From Paramoeba atlantica (lineage: Eukaryota > Protista > Discosea): a stretch of 64,000 nt of DNA. A program made the translations under genes and the position numbers. Where the stretch lies: the NCBI GenBank assembly GCA_977017575.1, contig CDRNVI010000039.1, positions 558,001 to 622,000 on the forward strand. The letters are read 5' to 3'. Below are positions 10,342-21,155 of this stretch, piece after piece. The first letter of the stretch is position 1, and every line of letters starts with the position of its first letter. Under the pieces are notes generated by a model. That model was not told the DNA's origin, ran no database searches, and saw only the letters and a list, made by a program, of their open reading frames with translations.

Positions 10342-11895
10342 TTAATGCCTCCATATTCTAACCGATGTGTCCTTTGATCCACTAGCCACGCGTAAACCAT
10401 CAGGACTCCAGTCAACAGCGTATACCTCGTCAGCATGCCCTGGGAGATCCTCGATCATACGACCGCGGGACGGATCCCATAATTTTATAGTTGAATCCTT
10501 CGATGCCGATACGAGAAAGCGAGAGTCCAGACTCCATGCTACGTGATACACAGCCCCGACATGGTTTCTGAGGCTGCACATGTAATGCCCATCACGTGCG
10601 CGCCACAACTTGATGCTTTTGTCTTGGCTCGCCGAGGCAATGGTTGACCCATCCGGAGAAAAACGCACGGAGTAAATCAAATCTTGGTGTCCTGTCATAC
10701 GGGCCACTGGCTTGGCGCTATCCCCCGGGGTCCACAGAAACAACGTATGGTCATCGCTGCAACTCACAAGCTTCTCTTGCCCACCACTCGTCCGTAAGAC
10801 CTCTTCGTATCGAGTTTTTGCATACTCCGATGCCTCCAGTTTTCCCCCAAACACCTTTTTCGTGTGGTCAAACGCTCCGCTCCTTAACACAAGCTCTGTA
10901 TTCAACGCAAAATTATTCACCCAGTGCCCATGCCCACGTAACGTGTGCACCACCGTCCGACTTTCCACATCCCACACCATCAACGTGCGATCGTGTGAAC
11001 TGGAATACACCAACCCACCCCCTCCCCATCTCACACACGTCACACACGCACTATGCCCAGACAACACCCCTTCCAACTCCCCCCGGTGCGCCTCACTCAC
11101 CCTCCACACCCGAACCGTCCCATCCTTTGAACTCGTCACAAACCGTCCCCTCCCCGTCCCCGTCCGGTGCAACGGTTCCCAACTCGCCCCCGTGACATAC
11201 CCCCCATGTCCCCTCCCACACAGCTTTCCCCTCTGTGGCCCACCGCTACCCCCCCCCTCCCCCCACACCCCCACCGCCCCCTCCCGGGACCCACTCACCA
11301 GGTACCCCCCCCCGGGGGCCCAGGCCAGGGCCTGGACCCAGTCCGTGTGCCCCAGCAGGCTCGCGCACGGGGTCGCGGTGGCCATCTCCCACAGCCGCAC
11401 CGTGCCGTCCCCCCCCGCGGTCGCCAGCACGGCGCTGTCCGGGGCGAAGGCCACGACGAGCACCGCGTGGGTGTGGCCCGTGAGGGCGGCGCTGCAGCGG
11501 GTGACCGGGAGCACGCGGAAGAGGGCCTGGGGGCGGTAGACGATCCGCACCAGGCCCTCGGAGGGGACCTCGAGCCCACGGGCGGGGGGCGCGCCGGGGG
11601 GGAGGCGACGGCCCTCGGAGAGGAGACGCCCCCGGTGGGCGCGGCGCTGGTGGTCGAGCAGGAAGGGCCCGAGGGGGGTGGTGAGGGGGGTGTCGTGGAT
11701 GAAGTAGGCGTAGGGGAGGGGGGAGGGGGGAGGGGGGGTGTGGGGAGGGGGGGGGAGGAGGGTGTGGAGGATGGCGTCCATTTGGGGGGGGGAGGTGGAG
11801 ATGGGGAGGGTGACGGGGGCCCCCGCGGGTTGTCCGTCCTCGGTGAAGAATTGGCAGACAAGGTGGGTGACCTCGGATTCCGGAGGCGGGGACAT
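10342..11895 (-). CDS. NLE1: Notchless/Rsa4 ribosome assembly WD40 protein
   Basis: N-terminal NLE ubiquitin-like domain ([10 protein letters not shown]...LP), [18 protein letters not shown], and WD40 repeats ending [13 protein letters not shown]. Confidence 0.95.
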   Translation of the reverse strand: MSPPPESEVTHLVCQFFTEDGQPAGAPVTLPISTSPPQMDAILHTLLPPPPHTPPPPSPLPYAYFIHDTPLTTPLGPFLLDHQRRAHRGRLLSEGRRLPPGAPPARGLEVPSEGLVRIVYRPQALFRVLPVTRCSAALTGHTHAVLVVAFAPDSAVLATAGGDGTVRLWEMATATPCASLLGHTDWVQALAWAPGGGYLVSGSREGAVGVWGEGGGSGGPQRGKLCGRGHGGYVTGASWEPLHRTGTGRGRFVTSSKDGTVRVWRVSEAHRGELEGVLSGHSACVTCVRWGGGGLVYSSSHDRTLMVWDVESRTVVHTLRGHGHWVNNFALNTELVLRSGAFDHTKKVFGGKLEASEYAKTRYEEVLRTSGGQEKLVSCSDDHTLFLWTPGDSAKPVARMTGHQDLIYSVRFSPDGSTIASASQDKSIKLWRARDGHYMCSLRNHVGAVYHVAWSLDSRFLVSASKDSTIKLWDPSRGRMIEDLPGHADEVYAVDWSPDGLRVASGSKDTSVRIWRH

Positions 11896-12181
11896 GGAGG
11901 AGGGGGGAGGTGGAGGAGGGTGGAAATGAGGGGTAATAATGTGGTCGCGCTGGTTTTGAAAGATTTCTGAGCTATGTTGGGGAATGTGTTAACCTACACT
12001 ATGACTAACAGAAGAACTTTCCAAAATGAACAGAAAGTTAAAAAAATACCTTCATTGGACTTTGGTTGTAAGTTGTAACCAGCAGTTGTAATTTAAAGCC
12101 ATTTCCTCCAGGGTATGAAAGTCCAAGACACAGTTTATGTACCTTGTTGGTACTTTTTCCTTAGTTCATCCTTTCTTTCCC

Positions 12182-12224
12182 CGGCAACGGGCATAGTCGT
12201 ACTGTATTTTTATGCCCGTTGCCG
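12182..12224. other. Perfect 14-bp stem hairpin with a 15-nt loop
   Basis: cggcaacgggcata (12182-12195) / tatgcccgttgccg (12211-12224). Confidence 0.85.
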
Positions 12225-12575
12225 ACCGGCACTAAGGTCGGGACTGTCCCTCTTTTTGCCGAAGCAGGGGACGCGCCTTTCAACCTTCACCCCTCCCCGA
12301 CTCACTCGCTTGGAGTGAGTGTGCTTCCCTCTCTCGGCTTCTCTTTCTCGTGCCTATCTTTCCGAGGAGGCAGTGGGTCACGGTGGCCTCCCTTGAGGAC
12401 CGGCACTAAGGTCGGGACTGTCCCTCTTTTTGCCGAAGCAGGGGACGCGCCTTTCAACCTTCACCCCTCCCCGACTCACTCGCTTGGAGTGAGTGTGTTT
12501 CCCTCTCTCGGCTTCTCTTTCCCGTGCCTATCTTTCCGAGGAGGCAATGCGTCACGGTGGCCTCCCTTGAGGACC
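12224..12575. repeat. Tandem duplication of a 174-bp unit (2 copies, about 4 substitutions)
   Basis: gaccggcactaaggtcgggactg starts at 12224 and 12398; a third partial gacc at 12572. Confidence 0.92.
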
Positions 12576-12607
12576 ACTAGACGTGTCCCTCGCTGCCCAC
12601 GTTTACA

Positions 12608-12856
12608 GCTCTCCACACCTGGCGGTCGCAAGCTCTCTGCACCTCGGCTCTGTCGCAGCTCTCTGCACCCGGATTGCCCCCGAAACTGCAATATGGGAAT
12701 TACGCATCCGGCTCTCTGCACCTGCACATGACAACCGAAATCTCTGCACCTGGGAGGCCAGCTCTCTGCACCCACTTACCACAGGCGAAGGCGAACCCTC
12801 ACTTAATCCACCCGTCGTATGCTGTAAGGACATGTAGTGAGGTAAATCTCTGCACA
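12608..12856. repeat. Array of about 7 (g/a)(c/a)tctctgcac motifs
   Basis: Copies near 12608 (variant), 12632, 12658, 12712, 12740, 12761 and 12845 with irregular spacing. Confidence 0.75.
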
Positions 12857-13933
12857 TGAAAAAAACAAACTTGCAGTTCCCTCAGAAAGATTAAGTCTTT
12901 TTGTCTTTTTGTTCTCATTTTTGTTCTATTTGAGAGTTTTCGTTGATCGAATTTCCCTTTGCCCCCGAATTTTTACATGTTTTGAAGGGCATCCCAAATA
13001 CTATGAGGGGGGCAAGGCGCCTGTGGTGATTGACAGAATATGGCAGAATTCGAAAGCGAAAAGCAAAAATGTTTCGGCGCTGCTTCGCGGCGCCTATGTT
13101 TTTCCCACTTATGTGCTGTATTCTTAACGTATGGCGTATGGGCAGATTTGGGGGTGGTGCCTGAGCTACAAAATGACTCATTTGGTAAACTTTTTATGTA
13201 AACTTTACCCTTAATTTTTACGCAGAATTCTACGCGAAAATTGAATTTCTCATTAGAGAAGAAGATTTGTTTACTTGAACAACATACGTCCGCTGAATGT
13301 CTTGGTGTACGTTAATGTCCTCTCTTTCGTCCACATAAGGATCGTTAAATCGCTGAACTCGAAAAAACATTTCGAGAATTTTTTCAAGATTTGGGGCGAA
13401 AAGGGAGATTTCACCGATCTCATTCCCCGAGGAACGTAATTTGGGGACAATTATATTCGGGCATGGGTTGAGGATGAGCTACACGCTATTTTAAGCCACA
13501 AAGTTGAACAGTTTCAGATTTCTCATAATCATCATGGACCTGATCCTTCTCTTTCCGGGGGTCTACGGGTACGCGATGTAGATCACGTTTTCGGAGATTC
13601 ATGACACGCTCAACATGGCAAAACGGGATACTCGATAAGGATTCCTTCTCTTAGGCATCCTTGATCACCCACTCACTGATGGTCAAAGACTTATTACCCT
13701 TGATGAGGTACCCTTGATGATATGACAGGCTCATGAAATGTAACAATCCAGATAGAAAAGGTCCAATCTGGATCAGCGGTACAGATGGACTACACAATGT
13801 GTGACCTATCGTGGTGCCATTTTTCTATGAATAAAAAAATGGTCATCATAGAGAACCGCAACTCAATGACAGCAAGTTTAGCTATTATAGCTTGAGATTA
13901 GCCGAAAAAGGTTAACCGATCAGTAAGCGCGCC

Positions 13934-14416
13934 TCAAATCACTTTCGTTAATTTCTCCTTGCACGCATACGTATAGCAAGTATAGCACATGCGGTAATCC
14001 CAATTCTCTTCCTTTACAGCTACAAGGGCCGACTTTATGGGGTATCCACAGTGAAAGCAAACGAAAAGTTGATTACGTCGTAACTTGTGCAGCTGAAGAC
14101 GGTCTCTGGGTGCCCAAGTAGCAATCACAGAATCAGAACGAGGTTCAAATGTGTAGTCCTCCTGTGGCCTACGATGTACATCACCGGGAAGATGAGCGTA
14201 TCGAACTCGATTTGGCGTCGTGAATCTAGTGGATGGCATTCCGGAAATTCGTCTGCAGAGCCGTTTCGTGTGCTGCGGGAAATTAAAATGTTTTCTTTTA
14301 AAGAAGACGCTACCACTATTGTGTCGTGCAGGGTAACCTTTCGGACCACCCGTGCGAAATGGGTTACGTCCTGTATAACTCAGATGTCTACCGTGCAACA
14401 GAGCCCTGCAATACAT
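13934..14416 (-). CDS. Basic Zn-binding protein, probably a kinetoplastid mitoribosomal protein
   Basis: Mitochondrial-type N-terminus, Arg/Lys-rich, CFHCGYP...WDYRMCYTCY (CxxC...CxxC); subunit identity not established. Confidence 0.6.
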   Translation of the reverse strand: MYCRALLHGRHLSYTGRNPFRTGGPKGYPARHNSGSVFFKRKHFNFPQHTKRLCRRISGMPSTRFTTPNRVRYAHLPGDVHRRPQEDYTFEPRSDSVIATWAPRDRLQLHKLRRNQLFVCFHCGYPIKSALVAVKEENWDYRMCYTCYTYACKEKLTKVI

Positions 14417-14907
14417 AAAAAACGATATTGTTTTGAGAGGCCAGCTTGCGGACTACTGAATAGGAACTAACACCGAATCTAAAATAGGAATCAAATTCTA
14501 GTGTCATAGAGGAATCAAGTGTCTTAGTAAACTGTTAGTTCGTTCCCAAGTTCGAAACTAACCTGAGTCTGTGAAACACACAACATAATTTTAGCTGTGG
14601 TGATTGCTACTACGTTACTGTAGCTCAGTGATATAAAAAAGGTAACAACTACAGATCAGCTAAGTGGCAAGTTAGAATTACTTTTACAGCTTAAACCTCG
14701 CAAGCCAGAATTTACTTTCGTTTTACATACAATGTATAAATTCGTATCACGTTTTACAGATTTAGTAATCTAGTTACATAAATTTTAGACTTAATGTATA
14801 AATTACTTAGAATCTATTACTGTCTATTATACATTTTGAATAAACCAAAAGGATTAAAACGATTCGATTCAGTTGGTAGATGGACCATGTCATGTTCGAG
14901 AGTTTTA

Positions 14908-17900
14908 CTAACAACATCTCCGGGCTTGCTTTGCCTCAATTGCTCGGATTTCTGTCTCAGATAGGTAAGAACCCACATCTTCTACAAGATCAGTGAATGG
15001 GAGAAGACCTTTTACAATTCCGTGTCTCTCTTTACATTCCTGGAGGACCTCATCCGGCAAAGAGGACTCAGCTCCCAAAGCAAACTCAATGTCATTTGAT
15101 TCAGTTCTCTTGACGTAGGACTGCTTCAACACACTCTGGTTCAGAGCGTGCTTTCTCAGCTGAGTGCCAAAGACGTGACTGTCGTGACAACCCTCCATCA
15201 GAAGACGATAGACAAAAACTTGCTTTGTTTGACCGAATCGGTGGGACCGTGCAACGGCCTGTGCTTCCAGTGTCGGGTTATAGGTGGGCTCGAAAATTAC
15301 CACACGGTTGGCACATTCTAGATTCAAACCAACACCCACAGCGCGAATGGTGAGAAGGAGAACAGGTGCGTGAGCTGTGGTTGCGGTGCGAAAAATGTGG
15401 AGACTCGTCTCACGTTTCGTGTGGGAGGTTTCACCATCGATACGCAGTGTGGGAAGCCCCTTGGCTTGTAAGAAAGCCTCTAAAAGATCGAGGACTCGCA
15501 CAGATTGACTAAAAAGGAGTGTCTTCTCGCCTAATTTCATCGCGTGTTCTAGTACAACCGATATAAAGAGCAGCTTTGAGCTGTGCTCAGCGAAAAAATC
15601 AGTCTCGAGATCGGAGTTATGCGTGGACTTCAAGATATTTTCCACGTAGGTATGCCAGTACTCGACAGGATCAGGAAATTTGGAAGTGCAACTTCTAAGG
15701 AAACATAATGGATGCGCTGCAATGCACGCCGTTTTGTGCAAGTCTGAAAAAGATAAGCCAGAAACTGTGTCCAACAATCGTTTTTGATGCTCTGTTGGGT
15801 AAAGTAAAACTGTATAATCGGATTTGGGTGGAAGATTTTCTGAAAGTCGGCGTATGCTAACAGGTGCGAGCAATCTCGACTGTAACAGATATAATGCTTC
15901 AACGGCACCCTTTTGCTTTGCGTTATCGATTGATCCAAGGCCTTCCTCAACAGGAAATTGTATCTCTTCTTCAAACGTAGATTTCGAAGGTACTATTTCA
16001 GGGTCCACCCAGCTGAGTAATACATAGAGCTCTTGCAAGTCGTTCTGCAGAGGTGTCCCTGTAACCGCAACTCTACGACGTGTGTCGATACTGTACAAAT
16101 CTTGAGCTGTGAAAGTGCTCATATTTCGAAGGCGGTGACCCTCATCCAACACGCAAGCGGCAAGATCTTGAATCAAAATACGAAATGTCTCACTGTTGCG
16201 TTTCAATGTACGAAATCGCTCGTACCCGCAAAGCAGAACTCCGTACTGCTTTACCCAGTGCTGGAGATATGAATCATGACTTGTAGCATCTGAGAGAAGA
16301 TGTATTGGAAAATTGATTACAGATTGCGAATGCCACTTCGTGAACTCGTCTCTCCATTGAGAAAGCAAAGCGTGTGGGCAGAGAACTAAGATTCTTTGAG
16401 TGGGTTCGTTCGCTAAAAGTACGTGGCACAAAAGTAGAATTATGAGCGTTTTCCCCATCCCCATGTCTAAAGATATCAATGCCCCAGTTCCTTGTCGGAG
16501 TCTACGGTACGCAAACCTTAACGTTTCCAACTGGTGCTTCTTGCAAGTAGTGAGACATGCCTCTGAGATGTGCAAAGGAAACTCATTGCTACCAATGTTT
16601 ATACTTTTCCAACCAAAGGTTGGGTTAGGGGATATTGGTCGCTCACTAATAACCGAATTTTCGCTATATTTTCTCATGCATTGCGGTGAAAAAAGATTGG
16701 TGCGGAGATAGGCCACCAGCGAAAGTCGTGTCCATGGAAAAAAGTGAGGCTCAGTGTTACCGTGGAATAAATCAGTGTTAAAAAATAGGGCGTCACCAGG
16801 TCGAATATCGAAGGCCAAATTAAGTGAGGGTATGGCCAAATAGACTCCTTCATAATTTCCTTCAAGCACAGTTAATGCAGCCAACCCTTGCTTGAAGTCG
16901 CCGCTGTCGGTATGCAGTGCTGTTCGAAAAGCACTGTTTACCGTCACGGTGCTAAACACCGTTCCGTACAGGCGTACGTCATCAGGAATAGCCTGATTTT
17001 GAAGAGAGTAATTTCTCCGAGCATGTTGAGAGTACAATCTGTCCAGTATATGCACTATCGGTACGGCCGCCTCAAGATCAGCCGCGTGAGCTCTGGAAAA
17101 AGCGGTTAAGCGGCATTTTTCTTCTTGAGGAGAGTTGAGATAGTCGTAATACCCGACAATACCACTATTCGGGGGTACACCCCCATTGGTTAGTACACGT
17201 GCATTCGTTGGAACGGCAGCATCACGTAGTGACTCAGCAGCTCTCTCACGTGTTGATTGTGCAATGACATTTTTAAGAAAAATTGCAAACGGTTTTCCGT
17301 CTTTTGTGAAAGTTTGTGTCTTTCGGACAACGCTGGTAAAGTTTCGCTCAAAAGCGTATGGATAGGGTGTAATTTCCTTCGCGGTCTCCGTTATGCCATT
17401 TCCCTCCTGTGAAGGTGAGTCAACTCGGTCATGAGACGCAGACAAACAATCAGCATTGTTGCCGATATCTGCATGCCCCCAATTCTCTGACTCAACGAAT
17501 TCCTTTTCACGATCCGGATTCATCTCCAGGTCCAGCTGTTTGAAAGAGTGAGCTGATTCTGCGGCAGGCGCAGTTGGCCGGTGCGAAAGAAGCGTCGATA
17601 GTGACTGATTGTTTTCTATGTTATTCGGTGCTATTCCGATGGGATTCGGTAAAGTTGTACGGTTACCAAAACTCCATACAAGAATGTCCACACTTCGAAG
17701 TTGAAGAAAGGGGTGTATTTTTCGCATAGTACAACGCCCCTCTGGTCCACATGATATGTACTCCCCCATCCTCTCCAATGCCCCTATCCATCGAATCAAC
17801 AAATCTTTATCCATTTGGCGACAATTTTCAACAAAATTCACCAAAATTTCGGACCTCTTCTCCCCACTTCGACCCGCCAAGATCCACGAGTGTAGCAAGG

Positions 17901-18033
17901 TTGAAAACTTTTGAAAGCTCATAGGGCTTCCACGATTCACCAGGCTGTGTGAGTACCCATTGGCTGAGCGTTCCTTGTTCGGTCGTTGTTCATTTTCAGT
18001 CGGTTGATGGTCCCCTTGCTTAGGACAGTCCAT
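14908..18033 (-). CDS. JBP2: J-binding protein 2: thymidine hydroxylase (TET/JBP 2OG-Fe dioxygenase) fused to a SWI2/SNF2 ATPase
   Basis: GIVGYYDY...CRLTAF, RTALHTD (HxD), HGN, RLSLVAYLR; then LDMGMGKT, LDEGH, TGTPLQN, LFSQ, GVGLNL, QAVARSHRFGQ. Confidence 0.93.
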   Translation of the reverse strand: MDCPKQGDHQPTENEQRPNKERSANGYSHSLVNRGSPMSFQKFSTLLHSWILAGRSGEKRSEILVNFVENCRQMDKDLLIRWIGALERMGEYISCGPEGRCTMRKIHPFLQLRSVDILVWSFGNRTTLPNPIGIAPNNIENNQSLSTLLSHRPTAPAAESAHSFKQLDLEMNPDREKEFVESENWGHADIGNNADCLSASHDRVDSPSQEGNGITETAKEITPYPYAFERNFTSVVRKTQTFTKDGKPFAIFLKNVIAQSTRERAAESLRDAAVPTNARVLTNGGVPPNSGIVGYYDYLNSPQEEKCRLTAFSRAHAADLEAAVPIVHILDRLYSQHARRNYSLQNQAIPDDVRLYGTVFSTVTVNSAFRTALHTDSGDFKQGLAALTVLEGNYEGVYLAIPSLNLAFDIRPGDALFFNTDLFHGNTEPHFFPWTRLSLVAYLRTNLFSPQCMRKYSENSVISERPISPNPTFGWKSINIGSNEFPLHISEACLTTCKKHQLETLRFAYRRLRQGTGALISLDMGMGKTLIILLLCHVLLANEPTQRILVLCPHALLSQWRDEFTKWHSQSVINFPIHLLSDATSHDSYLQHWVKQYGVLLCGYERFRTLKRNSETFRILIQDLAACVLDEGHRLRNMSTFTAQDLYSIDTRRRVAVTGTPLQNDLQELYVLLSWVDPEIVPSKSTFEEEIQFPVEEGLGSIDNAKQKGAVEALYLLQSRLLAPVSIRRLSENLPPKSDYTVLLYPTEHQKRLLDTVSGLSFSDLHKTACIAAHPLCFLRSCTSKFPDPVEYWHTYVENILKSTHNSDLETDFFAEHSSKLLFISVVLEHAMKLGEKTLLFSQSVRVLDLLEAFLQAKGLPTLRIDGETSHTKRETSLHIFRTATTAHAPVLLLTIRAVGVGLNLECANRVVIFEPTYNPTLEAQAVARSHRFGQTKQVFVYRLLMEGCHDSHVFGTQLRKHALNQSVLKQSYVKRTESNDIEFALGAESSLPDEVLQECKERHGIVKGLLPFTDLVEDVGSYLSETEIRAIEAKQARRCC

Positions 18034-18238
18034 TTGATTGGACTATTTCCAGAGACGACTAAATGAAATTCTTAGCTGTATGATTCATGAAATTAACACA
18101 TTTTTCCTCAAAGAAATTTTTTTCTTTAAAAGAAGTTTTGTTTGCAAAACAAAGTTTTCGAGTTTGGGTCGGTCTGATTATTTCATGTAGTAAAAAACGG
18201 TTGCACTACGAAAAGAAAAGTATCAATGAAACATATTA

Positions 18239-18578
18239 CTGTACCCCCCCCCCCTGTTTATAATAGCCTCGACCCATCCCCCCCTTTATAGGTTCTTTTT
18301 TTTGGCAAACCAAGGAAGACTTTTTCAATTTTCTTGCACCGTCTTAAAGATTTTGGTATTTATTTTCACATAGTTCTGTGAGGTATGGCGCGGGGTGGTA
18401 CTGGACATTTTACTTTGGCAGATCGCCGGGGCCCACTTAGCGATTGAATAATTCCTTGATCCTCGCTATAAAATGTAGGGCGATTTCGGTGCCAACTTTT
18501 AATCTTCCATCACCCCCTCCCCCCCTTTATAGGTTCATTTGGGCAAAATCGAGGCTATTATAAACGGGGGGGGTACAG
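18239..18578. mobile_element. 340-bp MITE with about 30-bp TIRs and TA target duplication (Tc1/pogo type)
   Basis: TA|ctgtaccc..ccctgtttataatagcctcga ... tcgaggctattataaacggggggggtacag|TA; internal direct repeat ccccctttataggttc near 18279 and 18521. Confidence 0.9.
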
Positions 18579-18624
18579 TAGTTGCACTTACAGATTATGT
18601 ACATCTTCTAAATGGCACCAAGCA

Positions 18625-19983
18625 TTAGCGATGAGCGGTGTTCTGCAAAAGATACGTGTTCCACATGCCTACCCAGCTCGAAACTGGGATGGATTCATCC
18701 GCCTCTAATATCAAAGCATTTCTTTTCCCCATCAGAACAAAACAACAGTGTAGCTTGGCATTACGACCGGAGCTCTTTACGTGACTGCAGAGTGTGGTAT
18801 TGCTGAGTGCGGTCGCATGCGTCACTTGTGTAAGAGGTATTTCTCCTTTGTACCCGCCTCTGCCACGTTCGCGCAGGTACCTCGAAGACAAAAGACAGAT
18901 ACATTTTCTATCCGTGTTGACGTAAATATATCGATAAGATTGCGTTAAGGTGCGAAATGAGTACTTTATGAAGAATCGTCCCCGAGATAACGTTTCAAAG
19001 GCATGTTCTAGAGTTAATGAACGATCAACATCACGTTCCCATGGTGTAGTTAAGGTCTGTATCGGCCTTATCTCACGTTTCAAAGGAATGTCCTCAGATG
19101 GAGGATGAAATTCACCAAGTTGTTGCACGGTTGCATTGGAGGGGCCAACAGGGCGTGCCCAGGAAGAGGACGACATGCCGTCCAAACTCACAGGGGTCAA
19201 TGACGTGTTGGAAGTGTATTTCATTCCACTCCGAAAAGTCGATGGATGAGTATACCGAAGTGGAGAAATCAAACGAGACGAATATCGAGAGCCTAGGGGC
19301 ATTGGGCTGATACTCCCAGCGGGTTGCGGTGTGCGCTTAGGTGCCTGTATGTAGAGCTTTTCGGAAGCCCGGGTGATATTCGACTGAGTTTCGCTTTCTT
19401 TTTCAAAGATATTATCGGGCATGGCTGTAAGCCTTTCATAAATTCGTGCCCTCTCGGTGCGTAGATTAACCTTGTGAGCATTAGCGATTGATTTCGTATG
19501 GTCTCTAACTCCATCATCACTCCTCTTGGACGAATGATTGAAGACTGTGACATGAACGGCACCTTTTGAACCTAAGCTGACCTCACGATGCGGCGCAGTT
19601 TCATTAAACTCTGACTTTGGGGAGACAGGGACGTGTTCCTCATAAGATGGAAAAGGTTTTGAGATATTTGTTTCCTTCACAGACTCCTCATGCGATTCTA
19701 TTCTTTGCGCACGAAGTGCACTATTAATTTGGGAAACCCATTCTCGTGCCTTCAAGACATCACTAGCTGTGAGACACAATGTCGTTCGATCAGTCAATCC
19801 TACGTAAAACCATGAGGCTTCCGGCTGCGGTGCAAGTTCCACATATTCAATTCGGTCAACGTCAATATTTCTAGCAACCATCGAAATGTCTTCCGGCAAT
19901 CGTGCAGTAAAAGAATTTTGTGAAAGTTCCGTAAGCATGGGTGTATCTTCCCATTGCAGCATTCCCGTAAGAAATGTCGTCAT
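18625..19983 (-). CDS. Protein with probable N- and C-terminal PH-like domains
   Basis: N-terminal W....A....A.EWVSQIN..L pattern; C-terminal L.RG.FFIKY...RYIYV...L.LEA....W...W pattern; low-complexity linker. Confidence 0.65.
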   Translation of the reverse strand: MTTFLTGMLQWEDTPMLTELSQNSFTARLPEDISMVARNIDVDRIEYVELAPQPEASWFYVGLTDRTTLCLTASDVLKAREWVSQINSALRAQRIESHEESVKETNISKPFPSYEEHVPVSPKSEFNETAPHREVSLGSKGAVHVTVFNHSSKRSDDGVRDHTKSIANAHKVNLRTERARIYERLTAMPDNIFEKESETQSNITRASEKLYIQAPKRTPQPAGSISPMPLGSRYSSRLISPLRYTHPSTFRSGMKYTSNTSLTPVSLDGMSSSSWARPVGPSNATVQQLGEFHPPSEDIPLKREIRPIQTLTTPWERDVDRSLTLEHAFETLSRGRFFIKYSFRTLTQSYRYIYVNTDRKCICLLSSRYLRERGRGGYKGEIPLTQVTHATALSNTTLCSHVKSSGRNAKLHCCFVLMGKRNALILEADESIPVSSWVGMWNTYLLQNTAHR

Positions 19984-20177
19984 AGGTGGTGAATTGTTAG
20001 TATTTTTTAGTCAAGATAAAACGTAGCCTAGTTTCTGATCCTTTTTTATGTACGCTATAAGCGCTAGTTTCTTACGCCAAAAAATAGAAATGTTTATCGT
20101 ACCAGACCGCAACCTAAACACGTGACGTATGATAAATAAAAAATTAATATCCCTATAAGATAAATATGAGCCCTCTT

Positions 20178-20720
20178 TTACCTTGCATGGCGTTGTTGCA
20201 GGACCAGTTTCGCGTGTTCTAACTCCAGGGCTGCATAGTACTGTTGCCGGGAGAGCTCCTTAAGTAATTGTGTGGGGAGATTGCTCCAATTGCACACCTC
20301 TTTTTGGCCGGGATGTGGCAACATCCGTGCTTGCTGTGTTATGGGGTCGGAGCCGTACGCTGAGGTATCTGAAGGACGAGTAGAGTAAGAGGACCCGACG
20401 CCTTCCGCACGCGGTCTCGTGGAGGTACCCCGACTCTCACTCACTTTAAGGGCTCGGTTGCCGAGCAGATGGCCTTGGAACATTTGTATCGCCCGCTGCT
20501 GCTCCGCAGGGGTAGCGAAATCCACAAAGCCGTACCGATATGTCCCTCCTGGGGGACCCAGGAGTTGGATGTGGTGTACAGTACCCGCGGCGCTAAATAG
20601 GGTACGCAGTTGCTCCTCATCTACCCAGATTTCAATGTTTCCCACATAGATGCCGAATGATGGGTCCAGTCGAGGGCGTCGTGAGGTTGTATCGGAGTTG
20701 GGATTGGTGTCAGTGGACAT
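20178..20720 (-). CDS. RRM RNA-binding protein
   Basis: IYVGNI (RNP2) and RYGFVDF (RNP1), AIQMFQGHLLGNRALKVS. Confidence 0.9.
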   Translation of the reverse strand: MSTDTNPNSDTTSRRPRLDPSFGIYVGNIEIWVDEEQLRTLFSAAGTVHHIQLLGPPGGTYRYGFVDFATPAEQQRAIQMFQGHLLGNRALKVSESRGTSTRPRAEGVGSSYSTRPSDTSAYGSDPITQQARMLPHPGQKEVCNWSNLPTQLLKELSRQQYYAALELEHAKLVLQQRHAR

Positions 20721-21155
20721 GATAGCTACTTGTCAAGAATAAAATGGCGGGATCGATTGTGAAATAAGGTAAATCGTGATATTTTCTTAGTTTTACCATC
20801 CTGACAAAAAGCTTTTTTCAAGAATGCTTATCTGACAAATGAGTTATAAAATTAATGGATTTTAAATTTAATTTTGAAGGAAAGTAGTACATTCCTCCCA
20901 ACGTGCGTTCAGCAGTTTTTGAAGCAATAGACATGCACTAAAAAGAAAAAATAATGCGAAAGATGAAATAAAGCAAATCTTCAGTAATATTCATAGTGGC
21001 TGAACAGTTTTCTAGTTGTAATTATTCACATGATGTATTTGATATATGCACAGTCGAAGTGTATCTAACATAGTGAAATCGCGTCCCTTTCCAGGGTACT
21101 ATGAGCATGTTTAAATCTAATTTTTACGGCAGCAACAGATCAGCAATGATCAAAA

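Noticed and set aside
10644-11970. Several long Pro/Gly-rich ORFs overlapping NLE1 (e.g. 10712-11539, 11167-11970, 11295-11861)
   Set aside because: Shadow frames caused by the extreme GC content and lack of stops; the NLE1 frame has the conserved motifs.
12224-12575. CRISPR array or HDV-like ribozyme reading of the 174-bp repeat
   Set aside because: No unique spacers and no cas genes; a gcctcctcg segment recalls HDV P3/L3 but I could not build P1, P1.1 and P2.
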